Below, piece after piece: positions 1 to 10,218 of a stretch of 64,000 nucleotides of DNA. The stretch lies in NCBI GenBank assembly GCA_035524935.1, contig DATLFD010000050.1:19980-83979 (forward strand), in the 5' to 3' direction. The translations under genes and the position numbers were made by a program. The stretch is from Gammaproteobacteria bacterium (GTDB lineage: Bacteria; Pseudomonadota; Gammaproteobacteria; Steroidobacterales; JACDCP01). Positions within the stretch are counted from its first letter, which is position 1; each line of letters opens with the position of its first letter. The notes beneath the pieces were generated by a model. The model made no database searches and was not told the origin of the DNA. It saw only the letters and a list, made by a program, of their open reading frames with translations.

Positions 1-1
1 C

Positions 2-1150
2 GCCCTGAGCGAGGACATCGATCTTCTGCGTGACACCGTGCGGCGGTTCGCGAAAACCGAGCTTGCACCGCGCGCGGCCGCGATCGACGAGAGCAACGCC
101 TTCCCCCAGGAGCTGTGGCGCACGCTGGGCGAGCTGGGCGTGCTCGGCATGACCGTGCCGGAGTCGCTGGGCGGCACGGACATGGGCTATCTCGCGCACG
201 TCGTCGCAATGGAGGAGATATCGCGCGCCTCGGCCTCGGTCGGGCTTTCCTACGCCGCGCACTCCAACCTCTGCCTGAACAATCTTTATCTCAACGCCAC
301 CGAAGCCCAACGCGATAAATACGTGCCGAAGCTGTGCAGCGGCGAATGGGTCGGCGCACTCGCCATGTCCGAGCCGGGCGCCGGCTCGGATGTCGTCGGA
401 TCGATGAGCTGCCGCGCCGAAAAACGCGGCGACACGTGGATCGCCAACGGCTCGAAGATGTGGATCACCAACGGTCCCGAGGCCGACGTGCTGGTCGTGT
501 ACATGCGCACCGCGCCGGAGGAAGCCGGCTCGGCCTGCGTGACCGCGTTCATCGTCGAGAAGGGGATGCCCGGCTATCGCACGGCTCAAAAGCTCGACAA
601 GCTCGGCATGCGCGGCTCGAATACCTGCGAGCTCGTCTTCGAGAACTGCGAGATTCCCGCCGCCAACGTGCTCGGCGAGATCGACAAGGGCGTTTACATC
701 CTGATGAGCGGGCTCGATTCCGAGCGTCTCGTGCTTTCCGGGGGGCCCATCGGCATCATGCAGGCCTGCATGGACGAGGTGCTTCCCTACCTGCACGAGC
801 GCAAGCAGTTCGGCCGCACGCTCGGCAGCTTCGGCGTCATGCAGGCCAAGGTCGCCGACATGTACACGTCGCTGCAGTCGTCGCGCGCGCTCGCGTATCG
901 CACCGCGCAGCAGTTCGACCGCGGCGAGCCGACCCGCCAGGATGCCGCGGCATCGCTGCTGCACGCCTCGCGCAGCGCCGTGGAGGTGACGCTGGAAGCG
1001 ATCCAGAGCCTCGGCGGCAACGGCTACATCAACGAATATCCGGTCGGGCGCCTGTTGCGCGACGCGAAGCTCTACGAGATCGGCGCCGGCACCACCGAGA
1101 TCCGCCGGCTGCTGATCGGTCGCGAGCTGCTTCGCGCCACGGCCCCCTGA
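2..1150 (+). CDS. liuA: Isovaleryl-CoA dehydrogenase (5' end truncated by window edge)
   Basis: Acyl-CoA dehydrogenase motifs [32 protein letters not shown]; frame is open to window start; precedes liuBCDE. Confidence 0.93.
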   Translation, partial: ALSEDIDLLRDTVRRFAKTELAPRAAAIDESNAFPQELWRTLGELGVLGMTVPESLGGTDMGYLAHVVAMEEISRASASVGLSYAAHSNLCLNNLYLNATEAQRDKYVPKLCSGEWVGALAMSEPGAGSDVVGSMSCRAEKRGDTWIANGSKMWITNGPEADVLVVYMRTAPEEAGSACVTAFIVEKGMPGYRTAQKLDKLGMRGSNTCELVFENCEIPAANVLGEIDKGVYILMSGLDSERLVLSGGPIGIMQACMDEVLPYLHERKQFGRTLGSFGVMQAKVADMYTSLQSSRALAYRTAQQFDRGEPTRQDAAASLLHASRSAVEVTLEAIQSLGGNGYINEYPVGRLLRDAKLYEIGAGTTEIRRLLIGRELLRATAP

Positions 1151-1166
1151 GGAGTCAGGAGTCGAG

Positions 1167-2348
1167 ATGAAGGAAGACCCGATCGTGATCACCGCGGCGC
1201 GCCGCACACCCATCGGCGCGTTCCTGGGGGCGCTGTCGCCCGTCAGCGCGACCTCGCTCGGAGCCGCGGCAATCCGAGCCGCGCTCGGAGACGCCGGCGT
1301 GGAAGGCGGCGAGGTCAGCGAGGTGTTCATGGGCTGCGTGCTGCCCGCGGGCCTCGGCCAGGCGCCTGCCCGGCAGGCGGCTCTGGAAGCCGGCCTGCCC
1401 GCTTCGACACCGTGCACGACCGTCAACAAGGTCTGCGGCTCGGGCATGAAGACCGTCATGCTCGCGCACGATCTCATCGCCGCCGGCTCGGCCGACATCG
1501 TGGTCGCCGGCGGCATGGAATCGATGAGCAACGCGCCGTACCTGATGCCGAAGGCGCGCGCCGGTTACCGGATGGGCCACCAGCAGGTGCTCGATCACAT
1601 GTTCTTCGACGGCCTGCAGAATCCCTACGACGGCAACATGATGGGCAAGTTCGCGGAGGACACCGCCGACAGGTACGGCTTCTCGCGCGAGGCGCAGGAC
1701 GAGTTCGCGACGGCCTCCGTACGGCGCGCGCTCGACGCCACCGAGTCGGGCGCATTCGCCGGCGAGATAGTTGCGGTGACGGCGAAGACGCGCAAGGGCG
1801 AAACCACTGTGGAACGCGACGAGGAACCCTTCAACTGCAACATCGACAAGATCCCCACGCTGCGACCCGCGTTCCGCACGGACGGCACCGTCACCGCAGC
1901 CAGCTCGTCGTCTATCTCGGACGGCGCCGCGGCGCTCGTGCTCATGCGCGCCAGCGAGGCCCGGCGTCGCGGCACGCCGCCGCTGGCCCGTATCGTCGGT
2001 CACAGCGGCTTCGCGCAGGCGCCGGAATGGTTCACGACCGCGCCAGTGTTCGCCATCCGGGCGCTGCACGAGCAGCTCGGCTGGTCGCCGGGCGATGTCG
2101 ATCTCTACGAGGTCAACGAAGCTTTCGCGGTGGTGGCCATGGCCGCCATGCGCGACGTCGGTATCCCGCACGACAAGTTCAACGTCCACGGCGGCGCCTG
2201 CGCACTCGGCCATCCGATCGGCGCCACGGGTGCGCGGCTCGTCGTCACTCTGCTGCACGCGCTCAGGAACCGCGAGCTCGGGCGCGGGGTCGCATCGCTG
2301 TGCATCGGCGGCGGAGAAGCCACCGCCATCGCTGTCGAGATGGCCTGA
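1167..2348 (+). CDS. Acetyl-CoA C-acyltransferase (thiolase)
   Basis: NKVCGSG, NEAF, GHPIGATG, CIGGG thiolase motifs; GGAG RBS upstream. Confidence 0.95.
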   Translation: MKEDPIVITAARRTPIGAFLGALSPVSATSLGAAAIRAALGDAGVEGGEVSEVFMGCVLPAGLGQAPARQAALEAGLPASTPCTTVNKVCGSGMKTVMLAHDLIAAGSADIVVAGGMESMSNAPYLMPKARAGYRMGHQQVLDHMFFDGLQNPYDGNMMGKFAEDTADRYGFSREAQDEFATASVRRALDATESGAFAGEIVAVTAKTRKGETTVERDEEPFNCNIDKIPTLRPAFRTDGTVTAASSSSISDGAAALVLMRASEARRRGTPPLARIVGHSGFAQAPEWFTTAPVFAIRALHEQLGWSPGDVDLYEVNEAFAVVAMAAMRDVGIPHDKFNVHGGACALGHPIGATGARLVVTLLHALRNRELGRGVASLCIGGGEATAIAVEMA

Positions 2349-2363
2349 GCCCGGCGGCGCCGC

Positions 2364-3974
2364 ATGCCGGTCATCAAGAGCCAGCTCGATGCCCGCAGTC
2401 CCGGGTTCGAGGCAAACCGGCAACACATGCTGGCACTGGTCGCCGACCTGCGGCGCAAGGTCGCGGCCGCAGCGCAGGGCGGCGGCGGGCAGGCCCGAGA
2501 GCGGCATTTGAAACGCGGCAAGCTGCTGCCGCGCGAGCGCATCGAGGCGCTGCTCGATCGCGGCAGCGCCTTCCTGGAATTTTCCCCGCTGGCCGCAAAC
2601 GGCATGTACGACGACAGCGCACCCTGCGCCGGCATCATCACCGGCATCGGCCGGGTAGCGGGCCTGGAGGTGGTCGTCGTCGCCAACGACGCGACGGTCA
2701 AGGGCGGCACCTATTTTCCGATCACGGTCAAGAAACACCTTCGCGCCCAGGAGATCGCCGCGGAGAATCACCTGCCCTGCGTCTACCTCGTCGATTCCGG
2801 GGGCGCGTTCCTGCCGATGCAGGACGAAGTGTTCCCCGATCGCGAGCACTTCGGACGCATTTTCTACAATCAGGCGCGCCTGTCCGCGCGCAACATTCCG
2901 CAGATCGCCGTGGTGCTCGGCTCGTGCACCGCTGGGGGCGCCTACGTGCCCGCCATGTGTGATGAAGCCGTCATCGTGCGCGAACAGGGCACGATCTTTC
3001 TCGGCGGGCCGCCGCTCGTCAAGGCCGCCACGGGCGAGGTCGTCGATGCGGAGTCGCTCGGCGGCGGCGAGGTGCACAGCCGCGTCTCCGGCGTCACCGA
3101 TCACCTCGCCGCGGACGACTCCCATGCGCTGGCCATCGCGCGCGAGCTGATCGGCAATCTCAACCGCCGCAGGCCGTCCTGGCTGACCACGCAGCCCCCG
3201 GCGGAGCCGCTCTATGACGCCGAAGACATCTACGGCATCCTCCCCACCGACACGCGCCACCCCTACGACGTGCGCGAGATTGTCGCCCGCCTCGTCGACG
3301 GCTCGCAGTTCAGCGAGTTCAAGGCGCTATACGGCAAGACGCTCGTGTGCGGCTTCGCACACCTGCACGGCTATCCGGTCGGCGTGCTGGCGAACAACGG
3401 CATCCTGTTTTCCGAATCCGCCCTGAAGGGCTGCCACTTCATCGAGTTGTGCAATCGCCGGGGCATCCCGCTCGTGTTCCTGCAGAACATCACCGGCTTC
3501 ATGGTCGGCAGAAAGTACGAGCACGCCGGGATCGCCAAGGACGGCGCGAAGATGGTCACCGCCGTGGCCTGCGCGCGGGTGCCGAAATTCACGGTCATCA
3601 TCGGCGGCTCGTTCGGCGCCGGCAATTACGCGATGTGCGGGCGTGCCTACGGCGGCCGCATGCTCTGGACGTGGCCCAACGCGCGCATCTCCGTGATGGG
3701 CGGCGAGCAGGCCGCGAACGTGCTCGCAACCGTGCGCCGGGAGGGCATCGAGGCCCGCGGGTCGAGCTGGCCCGAGGCCGAGCAGAAAGCCTGGATGGAA
3801 GAGATCCGCACACAATACGAGACCCAGGGCCACCCTTATTACGCCACGGCCCGGCTGTGGGACGACGGCGTCATCGACCCGCTGGACACGCGCCGCGTGC
3901 TCGGTCTGGCCATCTCCGCCGCATTGAACGCCCCGCTGGAGCCGGAAACGCCTTACGGCGTGTTCCGCATGTAG
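2364..3974 (+). CDS. liuB: 3-methylcrotonyl-CoA carboxylase beta (carboxyltransferase) subunit
   Basis: [31 protein letters not shown]-terminal YGVFRM. Confidence 0.95.
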   Translation: MPVIKSQLDARSPGFEANRQHMLALVADLRRKVAAAAQGGGGQARERHLKRGKLLPRERIEALLDRGSAFLEFSPLAANGMYDDSAPCAGIITGIGRVAGLEVVVVANDATVKGGTYFPITVKKHLRAQEIAAENHLPCVYLVDSGGAFLPMQDEVFPDREHFGRIFYNQARLSARNIPQIAVVLGSCTAGGAYVPAMCDEAVIVREQGTIFLGGPPLVKAATGEVVDAESLGGGEVHSRVSGVTDHLAADDSHALAIARELIGNLNRRRPSWLTTQPPAEPLYDAEDIYGILPTDTRHPYDVREIVARLVDGSQFSEFKALYGKTLVCGFAHLHGYPVGVLANNGILFSESALKGCHFIELCNRRGIPLVFLQNITGFMVGRKYEHAGIAKDGAKMVTAVACARVPKFTVIIGGSFGAGNYAMCGRAYGGRMLWTWPNARISVMGGEQAANVLATVRREGIEARGSSWPEAEQKAWMEEIRTQYETQGHPYYATARLWDDGVIDPLDTRRVLGLAISAALNAPLEPETPYGVFRM

Positions 3975-4045
3975 GGGACATTCCTGATTTCGATGAGTAC
4001 GTATCATTCGCTCGGCCGACATTCGACGAAATCAGGAATGTCCCC
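3974..4045. repeat. GGGGACATTCCTGATTT-family palindromic element (19-bp perfect inverted repeat)
   Basis: GGGGACATTCCTGATTTCG 3974-3992 / CGAAATCAGGAATGTCCCC 4027-4045. Confidence 0.9.
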
Positions 4046-4051
4046 ATTACC

Positions 4052-4837
4052 ATGAGCGTTCACACTTCGACCGACGGCCGCGGCATCGCGACCGTGACGC
4101 TCGACAGGCCCGAGGTGCACAACGCCTTCGACGACCGGCTGATCGCGGACCTGACCGCGCTGCTCGAGCGTCTCGACGGCGATGAACGGGTGCGGGCGGT
4201 GGTCCTGACCGGCGCCGGCAAATCGTTCTCGGCCGGCGCGGACATGCGCTGGATGCGCGACATGGCGGCTTTCGGCCGCAAGGAGAACATCGCCGACGCA
4301 TTGCGCCTGGCGCGCATGCTCGACCTGCTGAACCGGCTGTCCAGGCCCACGATCGCGCGCGTCAACGGCCATGCCTTCGGCGGCGGCGTCGGCCTGATCG
4401 CCTGCTGCGACATCGTCGTGGCCTCGACCGCGGCCCGCTTCGCGTTGACCGAAGTGCGTCTCGGCGTGCTGCCGGCCGTCATCTCGCCCTACGTCATCGC
4501 CGCGATCGGCGCGCGCCAGGCGCGCCGCTGGTTCCTGACCGCAGGCCGCATGGATGCCGCGGCCGCCGAGCGTATCGGGCTCGTCCATCGTGCCGTGGAG
4601 CCGGACGGGCTTGATGCAGCCGTCGAAGAGGAGATCGGGGCGCTGCTCGCCGCGGGGCCCGAAGCGCTCGCCGCCTGCAAGACCCTCATCGAGACCGTCG
4701 TCGATCCGCGCGAGCGCGGCGCGGGCCTCATGCAGCGCACCGCCGAGATGATCGCCGAGCGCCGCGCGTCGGCCGAAGGCCAGGAGGGTCTGAGCGCCTT
4801 TCTCGAGAAACGCAACCCCGCCTGGCGCGACCGTTGA
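4052..4837 (+). CDS. liuC: Methylglutaconyl-CoA hydratase (crotonase family)
   Basis: RPEVHNAF, FSAGAD, GHAFGGGVGL, LTEVRLG; true start taken as ATG 4052 inside the long ORF 3347-4837. Confidence 0.92.
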   Translation: MSVHTSTDGRGIATVTLDRPEVHNAFDDRLIADLTALLERLDGDERVRAVVLTGAGKSFSAGADMRWMRDMAAFGRKENIADALRLARMLDLLNRLSRPTIARVNGHAFGGGVGLIACCDIVVASTAARFALTEVRLGVLPAVISPYVIAAIGARQARRWFLTAGRMDAAAAERIGLVHRAVEPDGLDAAVEEEIGALLAAGPEALAACKTLIETVVDPRERGAGLMQRTAEMIAERRASAEGQEGLSAFLEKRNPAWRDR

Positions 4838-4889
4838 GCCGGCCGCCGCAAACCGTACCGGACGGCTTGCCGGTGTCCTGGCGTCGGGC

Positions 4890-6896
4890 ATGTTCGACAA
4901 GCTGCTGATCGCCAATCGCGGCGAGATTGCCTGCCGGGTCATGCGCACCTGCCGGCGGCTGGGCATCGCCAGCGTCGCCGTTTACTCGGACGCGGATCGT
5001 CACGCGCTGCACGTGCGGCTGGCCGAAGAGGCGGTGCATATCGGGCCGGCGCCGGCCGCTGAATCGTACCTGCGCATCGATCGAATCGTCGCAGCCGCCC
5101 GGGCCTCGGGCGCGGCGGCCGTGCATCCGGGTTACGGCTTCCTGGCCGAGAACCCGGCATTTGCCGGCGCCTGTGCGGAAGCCGGGCTCGCGTTCGTCGG
5201 CCCGCTGCCTGCCACGATCGAGAAGATGGGCTCCAAGAGTGCGGCCCGGCGGCTCATGCAGGCCGCCGGCGTGCCGGTCGTGCCCGGGTTTGACGGCCAT
5301 GAGCAGGACGATCGAAGCCTGGCCCGCGAGGCAGAACGTCTCGGCTTTCCGCTCATGATCAAGCCGTCGGCGGGCGGAGGCGGCAAGGGCATGCGCATCG
5401 TGCGCGATACCGCAGGGTTCGCCGCTGCGCTCAAGTCGGCACGGCGCGAGGCGCTCAGCGCCTTCGGCGATGACCGCGTGCTGCTCGAGCGCTACCTCGA
5501 AGAGCCGCGCCATATCGAGATTCAGGTGTTCGGCGACGAGCACGGCAACGTCGTGCACCTGTTCGAGCGTGAATGCTCGATCCAGCGCCGCTACCAGAAA
5601 ATCATCGAGGAAACACCCTCGCCGTTTGCGGACGAGGCGCTCGCCACCGGCCTCGGCGCGGCGGCGGTCACCGCCGCGCGCGCCGTGGATTATCGAAATG
5701 CCGGCACCGTCGAGTTCATCGTCGGCGCGGACCGCGAATTCTATTTCATGGAAATGAACACCCGGTTGCAGGTGGAGCATCCGGTAACCGAGCTCGTCAC
5801 GGGGCTCGACCTCGTCGAGTGGCAGCTGCGCGTGGCCGCAGGCGAGCCGCTGCCCCTCGGGCAGCAGGCGTTGTCGCGCCGCGGCCATGCCATTGAGGCG
5901 CGCATCTACGCCGAGGATCCGGCGCAGGACTTCCTGCCTGCCGTCGGACGGATAGACCGGTTCGCACATCCGCCGCCGGACGCGGGCCTGCGCATCGATG
6001 CGGGCATCGAAGACGGCGACAGGGTCGGCATCCATTACGACCCGATGATCGCCAAGCTCTGCGTGCACGCGGCGGATCGCGCGGCCGCCGTCACCGCCCT
6101 GCGCCGCGCGCTCGCGCGCACGGCGGTATTCGGACCGGCGACCAACCTGGGACTGCTGCGGCGGATCGCCGCGCATCCGGCCTTCGCGGCGGGCCAGATT
6201 CATACCGGCTGGCTCGACGCGGAGCTCGGCGCGCTGCTCGGCGACGCCCCCGAAGCCGCGCCGGTAATCCGGGCGGCCGCCGCGGTGCGCTGCCTGCTCG
6301 ATCGCGAGGCGGCAGGCCGCGAGGATGCCGAGGAGGCGGCGTCGCCCTGGAACCGGCTCGACGGCTGGCAGGCAAACGGCCTGGGCCGCAACCGTCTGCG
6401 CTTCGCCGACGAGACCGGCCGCGCGCGGGACCTGTTCGTGACCGGCTGGCACGGGCGCTACCGGGTCGCAGACGAAGGCCGGGATTTCGACCTCGAGGCG
6501 CGCGAGGTCGACAGCGAATGCCTCGAGATTGATACCGGCGGTCAGGCGCAAACGCTCGTCGTGATCCGGCACGGTAATCGCTATGTCGTCGCCGACGACA
6601 TGGCCGGATTCGTCCTCGAGCAGAAGGACCCGTGGCCCGTGGCGGAGGCAGCCGCGGACGACCGCGCGCATCCGGGTGCGCCCCTGCCGGGGCGCATCGT
6701 CGCCGTGGAGGTGGCCGCCGGCGACCGCGTTGTCGAGGGTCAGCCGCTGCTCGTGCTCGAGGGCATGAAGATGGAGTACACGCTCCGGGCGCGCGCGGCG
6801 GGCGTCGTCGAGCGCGTACTGTATGCTGCGGGCGAGTTCGTCGAGGCGGAAGTGGCGCTCGTCGATATCCGGCCCGACGGGGACGAAACCGCATGA
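4890..6896 (+). CDS. liuD: 3-methylcrotonyl-CoA carboxylase alpha (biotin carboxylase + biotin carrier)
   Basis: IANRGEIA, HPGYGFLAEN, EMNTRLQVEH, biotinylation motif EGMKME. Confidence 0.95.
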   Translation: MFDKLLIANRGEIACRVMRTCRRLGIASVAVYSDADRHALHVRLAEEAVHIGPAPAAESYLRIDRIVAAARASGAAAVHPGYGFLAENPAFAGACAEAGLAFVGPLPATIEKMGSKSAARRLMQAAGVPVVPGFDGHEQDDRSLAREAERLGFPLMIKPSAGGGGKGMRIVRDTAGFAAALKSARREALSAFGDDRVLLERYLEEPRHIEIQVFGDEHGNVVHLFERECSIQRRYQKIIEETPSPFADEALATGLGAAAVTAARAVDYRNAGTVEFIVGADREFYFMEMNTRLQVEHPVTELVTGLDLVEWQLRVAAGEPLPLGQQALSRRGHAIEARIYAEDPAQDFLPAVGRIDRFAHPPPDAGLRIDAGIEDGDRVGIHYDPMIAKLCVHAADRAAAVTALRRALARTAVFGPATNLGLLRRIAAHPAFAAGQIHTGWLDAELGALLGDAPEAAPVIRAAAAVRCLLDREAAGREDAEEAASPWNRLDGWQANGLGRNRLRFADETGRARDLFVTGWHGRYRVADEGRDFDLEAREVDSECLEIDTGGQAQTLVVIRHGNRYVVADDMAGFVLEQKDPWPVAEAAADDRAHPGAPLPGRIVAVEVAAGDRVVEGQPLLVLEGMKMEYTLRARAAGVVERVLYAAGEFVEAEVALVDIRPDGDETA

Positions 6897-6913
6897 GCGT
6901 TGTCTGTGTTGCC

Positions 6914-7059
6914 GTAGGGCCGAATTCATTCGGCCGGTTTGCGAGGCGGGTTGAAAACCCGCCCTACGACATGATCGAGTCGAAGCTGCCGATATTCGTC
7001 GTTACCGTAGGGCCGAATTCATTCGGCCGATTTGCGAGGCGGGTTGAAACCCGCCCGAC
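6914..7059. repeat. Two tandem GTAG-type REP doublets (93-bp period)
   Basis: GTAGGGCCGAATTCATTCGGCC ... GGCGGGTTGAAA(A)CCCGCCC(T/G)AC starting at 6914 and 7007. Confidence 0.9.
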
Positions 7060-7062
7060 CAC

Positions 7063-8004
7063 ATGATGGAGTCGAACCTCCCGGAATTCGTCAAGGTCGT
7101 CGAGGTGGGCGCCCGCGACGGCTTGCAGAACGAGCCCCGGCCGGTCCCCGCCGCCGTCAAGATCGAGCTCATCGATCGGCTGAGCCGCACCGGGCTTAAG
7201 ACCATCGAAACGACCAGCTTTGTCAGCCCCGACTGGACGCCGCAGCTCGCCGACGCGCAGGAGGTTTACGAATCGATCCGGCGCGAGCCCGGTGTCTCCT
7301 ATCCCGTGCTGGTGCCCAATCTCAAGGGCATGCAGCGCGCGCTCGCATCGGGGGTCGAGGAGATCGCGCTGTTCACGGCGGCATCCGAGACCTTCAATCG
7401 CAAGAACATCAACGCCTCCATCGACGAGAGCTTCGATCGCTTCGAGCCTGTGGTCGAGCTCGCGCGCAAGAACGACGTGCGCGTGCGCGGCTACATTTCC
7501 TGCGCGCTCGGCTGTCCGTACGAGGGAGATATCGATGTTCGTGTCGTCGCCGCAGTCGCCGAGCGGCTCGCGGCGCTCGGCTGCTACGAAATCTCGCTGG
7601 GCGACACCATCGGCGTGGGCACGCCGGTCGCGGCGCGCCGCATGGTCGCGCAGGTCGCCGAGCGTGTGGACATCTCGCGCCTGGCCGTGCATTTCCACGA
7701 CACGCGCGGCCAGGCCCTGGCCAACGTGTTCGCCTGCCTCGAGCTCGGCGTCGCGGTCGCCGATGCCTCGGTGGCCGGCCTCGGGGGTTGCCCCTACGCG
7801 AACGGCGCCACGGGCAACGTGGCCACCGAGGACCTCGTGTATATGCTGCATGGCCTGGGCGTGGAAACCGGCGTCGACCTGGACCTGCTCATCGACGCGG
7901 GCTTGTACATCTGCAGGGCGCTCGACAAGAGACCGGACAGCAAGAACGGCCGCCTGCGGCTGGACAGCGCGACACGCGACGGACGAAAGGAAGGCAAGGT
8001 ATGA
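7063..8004 (+). CDS. liuE: Hydroxymethylglutaryl-CoA lyase
   Basis: EVGARDGLQNE, HFHDTRG, GLGGCPYA, GNVATED. Confidence 0.95.
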   Translation: MMESNLPEFVKVVEVGARDGLQNEPRPVPAAVKIELIDRLSRTGLKTIETTSFVSPDWTPQLADAQEVYESIRREPGVSYPVLVPNLKGMQRALASGVEEIALFTAASETFNRKNINASIDESFDRFEPVVELARKNDVRVRGYISCALGCPYEGDIDVRVVAAVAERLAALGCYEISLGDTIGVGTPVAARRMVAQVAERVDISRLAVHFHDTRGQALANVFACLELGVAVADASVAGLGGCPYANGATGNVATEDLVYMLHGLGVETGVDLDLLIDAGLYICRALDKRPDSKNGRLRLDSATRDGRKEGKV

Positions 8005-8768
8005 AATTCGAGGGCGCAAGAGCAGTGATCACGGGTGCGGCATCCGGTCTCGGCCATGCCGTCACCGAGCGTGTCGCCGGCGCCGGCGGCCAGGTGACGA
8101 TGCTCGACATCAATGAGGAGCAGGGTGTGCGCGCTGCGGGTGCGATCGGCGACGGCGCCCGATTCGAGCGTGTCGACGTCAGCATCGAGCAGGAGGTCAA
8201 CGACGCGATCGAACGCGCCGCCGCGGCCATGGGCGGCATCGATCTGGCGGTCAACTGCGCCGGCATCATCGGCGCCGCCCGCGTGCTCGGCCGCAGCGCA
8301 CCCATGGACGGCGAGTTCTTCGCCAGAGTCATACGCATCAATCTTATCGGGTCGTTCTTCGTCGCGAAGGCCGCCGCCGACGCCATGCAGCACAACGAGC
8401 CGGACGAGGAAGGCGAACGCGGACTGATCGTCAATACCGCCTCGGTCGCCGCCTACGAGGGTCAGATCGGCCAGGCGGCCTACTCGGCATCCAAGGGCGG
8501 CGTGGTCAGCATGACCCTGCCGATCGCGCGCGAGCTCGCGCGGCTCGGCATCCGCGTCATGACCATCGCGCCCGGCATCTTCATGACGCCGATGATGGCC
8601 GGGCTGCCGGAGAGCGTGCAGAAATCGCTCGGCGAGCAAGTGCCGTTCCCTTCCCGCCTCGGCCGTCCGGCCGAGTTCGCAGACCTCGTCGAGCACATCT
8701 GCGGCAACGTCATGCTGAATGGCGAGACCATCCGGCTCGACGGCGCCATCCGCATGCAACCCAAGTGA
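8001..8768 (+). CDS. SDR-family 3-hydroxyacyl-CoA dehydrogenase (HSD10-like)
   Basis: TGAASGLG, NTASVAAYEGQIGQAAYSASKGG, LNGETIRLDGAIRM; ATGA overlap with liuE. Confidence 0.92.
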   Translation: MKFEGARAVITGAASGLGHAVTERVAGAGGQVTMLDINEEQGVRAAGAIGDGARFERVDVSIEQEVNDAIERAAAAMGGIDLAVNCAGIIGAARVLGRSAPMDGEFFARVIRINLIGSFFVAKAAADAMQHNEPDEEGERGLIVNTASVAAYEGQIGQAAYSASKGGVVSMTLPIARELARLGIRVMTIAPGIFMTPMMAGLPESVQKSLGEQVPFPSRLGRPAEFADLVEHICGNVMLNGETIRLDGAIRMQPK

Positions 8769-8785
8769 TCGGGAGACAGTCCGTC

Positions 8786-10216
8786 ATGTTGAATCGAACT
8801 TCGCGGATCGCTGCACTCGTCTTCATTGCCGCAACCGCCGGATGCGCCGTGCCCGCAACGCAGCCGGCGGCGGAGGCGCCTGCCGCCGGAGACGACGCCG
8901 TCACAGGCTTCAGCATCCCGGTCCGCTATCACAAGCTCGACAACGGGCTCAAGGTCGTGCTTTCGCCGGATCCGTCGGTGCCGGTCGTCACCGTGGCCGT
9001 CTACTACAACATCGGCTTTCGAATAGAGCCGCGCGATCGCACCGGATTCGCTCACCTGTTCGAGCACCTGATGTTCCAGGGCTCCGACAACCTGGGCAAG
9101 ATGGAATTCGTGAGCCTCGTGCAGAACAACGGCGGCGTGGTGAACGGGTCCACACGCTTCGATTACACGAACTATTTCGAAGTCGTGCCCGCCCACAAGC
9201 TCGAGACCATGCTCTGGGCGGAGGCGGACCGGATGAAGAGCCTCGCAATCACCGAGGAAAACCTGGTCAACCAGAAAGAGGTCGTCAAGAATGAAGTGAA
9301 GGTTAACGTTCTCAATCAGCCGTATGGCGGGTTTCCGTGGCTCGATATGCCCCGGCATGCGAACGAGAACTGGTACAACGCCCACAATTTCTACGGCGAG
9401 CTCGAGGATCTGGACGCCGCGACCCTCGACGAGGCGCGCAGTTTCTTCGATACCTACTATGGACCGGACAATGCCGTGCTGGTGATCATCGGCGATTTCG
9501 ATCCGCCGGCGGCACTGTCGATGGTGGAGCGTTATTTCGGCGGCATCGCGCGCTCCGACCCGCCGCCCCTTCCGGACATCTCCGAGCCGCCACAGCACGA
9601 GGAGAAACATGCGACCCGGCTCGATCCGCTGGCGCCACGCCCGGCGCTCGCCTTTGCCTACCACGTCCCCGAGCGCGGCACGCCGGAACACTATGCCATG
9701 GGCATCATCGATCAGATTTTGCTGCAGGGCGAGGACAGCCGTCTGCACCGCAAGCTCGTGCAGGAACACGGATTCACGGACGGTGTGTTCGGCGGCATCA
9801 ATATGCTCGGCAGCATGTTCGACTACAACGGCCCCATGCTGTGGACAGCCGCTTTGCTGCACGACGCGGACAACGACGCGGCAACCATCATGTCCGCCGT
9901 CGACGAGGTCATCGAGGATCTGCGCACCGGCGGTGTGACCGAGGCCGAGTTCGAGCGCGCTCTCGTCAAGATGCGCTCGGGCCTGTACAGCATCGTCGGT
10001 TCCTCGACCCGCTTCGGTCTGTCGGATCTCCTCGCCTCCTTCGCGCTTTTCGACGACGACCCCGGACGTATCAACCGGATCGAGGACGAGATGCGCAAGG
10101 TGACGCCGGAGCTGATCGGCGCGACGGCCGAAGAATACCTGCGGCCCGGCAACCGCACCGTACTGACCTTGCTGCCGCAGCCGCCCCAGGCGGCCGGCTC
10201 GGCTTCGGGAGGATGA
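8786..10216 (+). CDS. M16 (pitrilysin-family) zinc peptidase, catalytic subunit, probable lipoprotein
   Basis: Inverted zincin motif HLFEH; hydrophobic N-terminus ending TAGC. Confidence 0.88.
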   Translation: MLNRTSRIAALVFIAATAGCAVPATQPAAEAPAAGDDAVTGFSIPVRYHKLDNGLKVVLSPDPSVPVVTVAVYYNIGFRIEPRDRTGFAHLFEHLMFQGSDNLGKMEFVSLVQNNGGVVNGSTRFDYTNYFEVVPAHKLETMLWAEADRMKSLAITEENLVNQKEVVKNEVKVNVLNQPYGGFPWLDMPRHANENWYNAHNFYGELEDLDAATLDEARSFFDTYYGPDNAVLVIIGDFDPPAALSMVERYFGGIARSDPPPLPDISEPPQHEEKHATRLDPLAPRPALAFAYHVPERGTPEHYAMGIIDQILLQGEDSRLHRKLVQEHGFTDGVFGGINMLGSMFDYNGPMLWTAALLHDADNDAATIMSAVDEVIEDLRTGGVTEAEFERALVKMRSGLYSIVGSSTRFGLSDLLASFALFDDDPGRINRIEDEMRKVTPELIGATAEEYLRPGNRTVLTLLPQPPQAAGSASGG

Positions 10217-10218
10217 TC

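Noticed and set aside
1155..3260. Long antisense and alternate-frame ORFs (also 4728-6929, 43072-45360, 53431-55401 and the upstream part of 23794-26922)
   Set aside because: Shadows of well-supported genes; expected in high-GC DNA; no recognisable motifs
6914..7059. Repeat-spacer-repeat patterns as possible CRISPR arrays (also 11642-11725 and 28486-28563)
   Set aside because: Only two units each, spacers related to flanking DNA or to each other, REP-like structure, no cas genes
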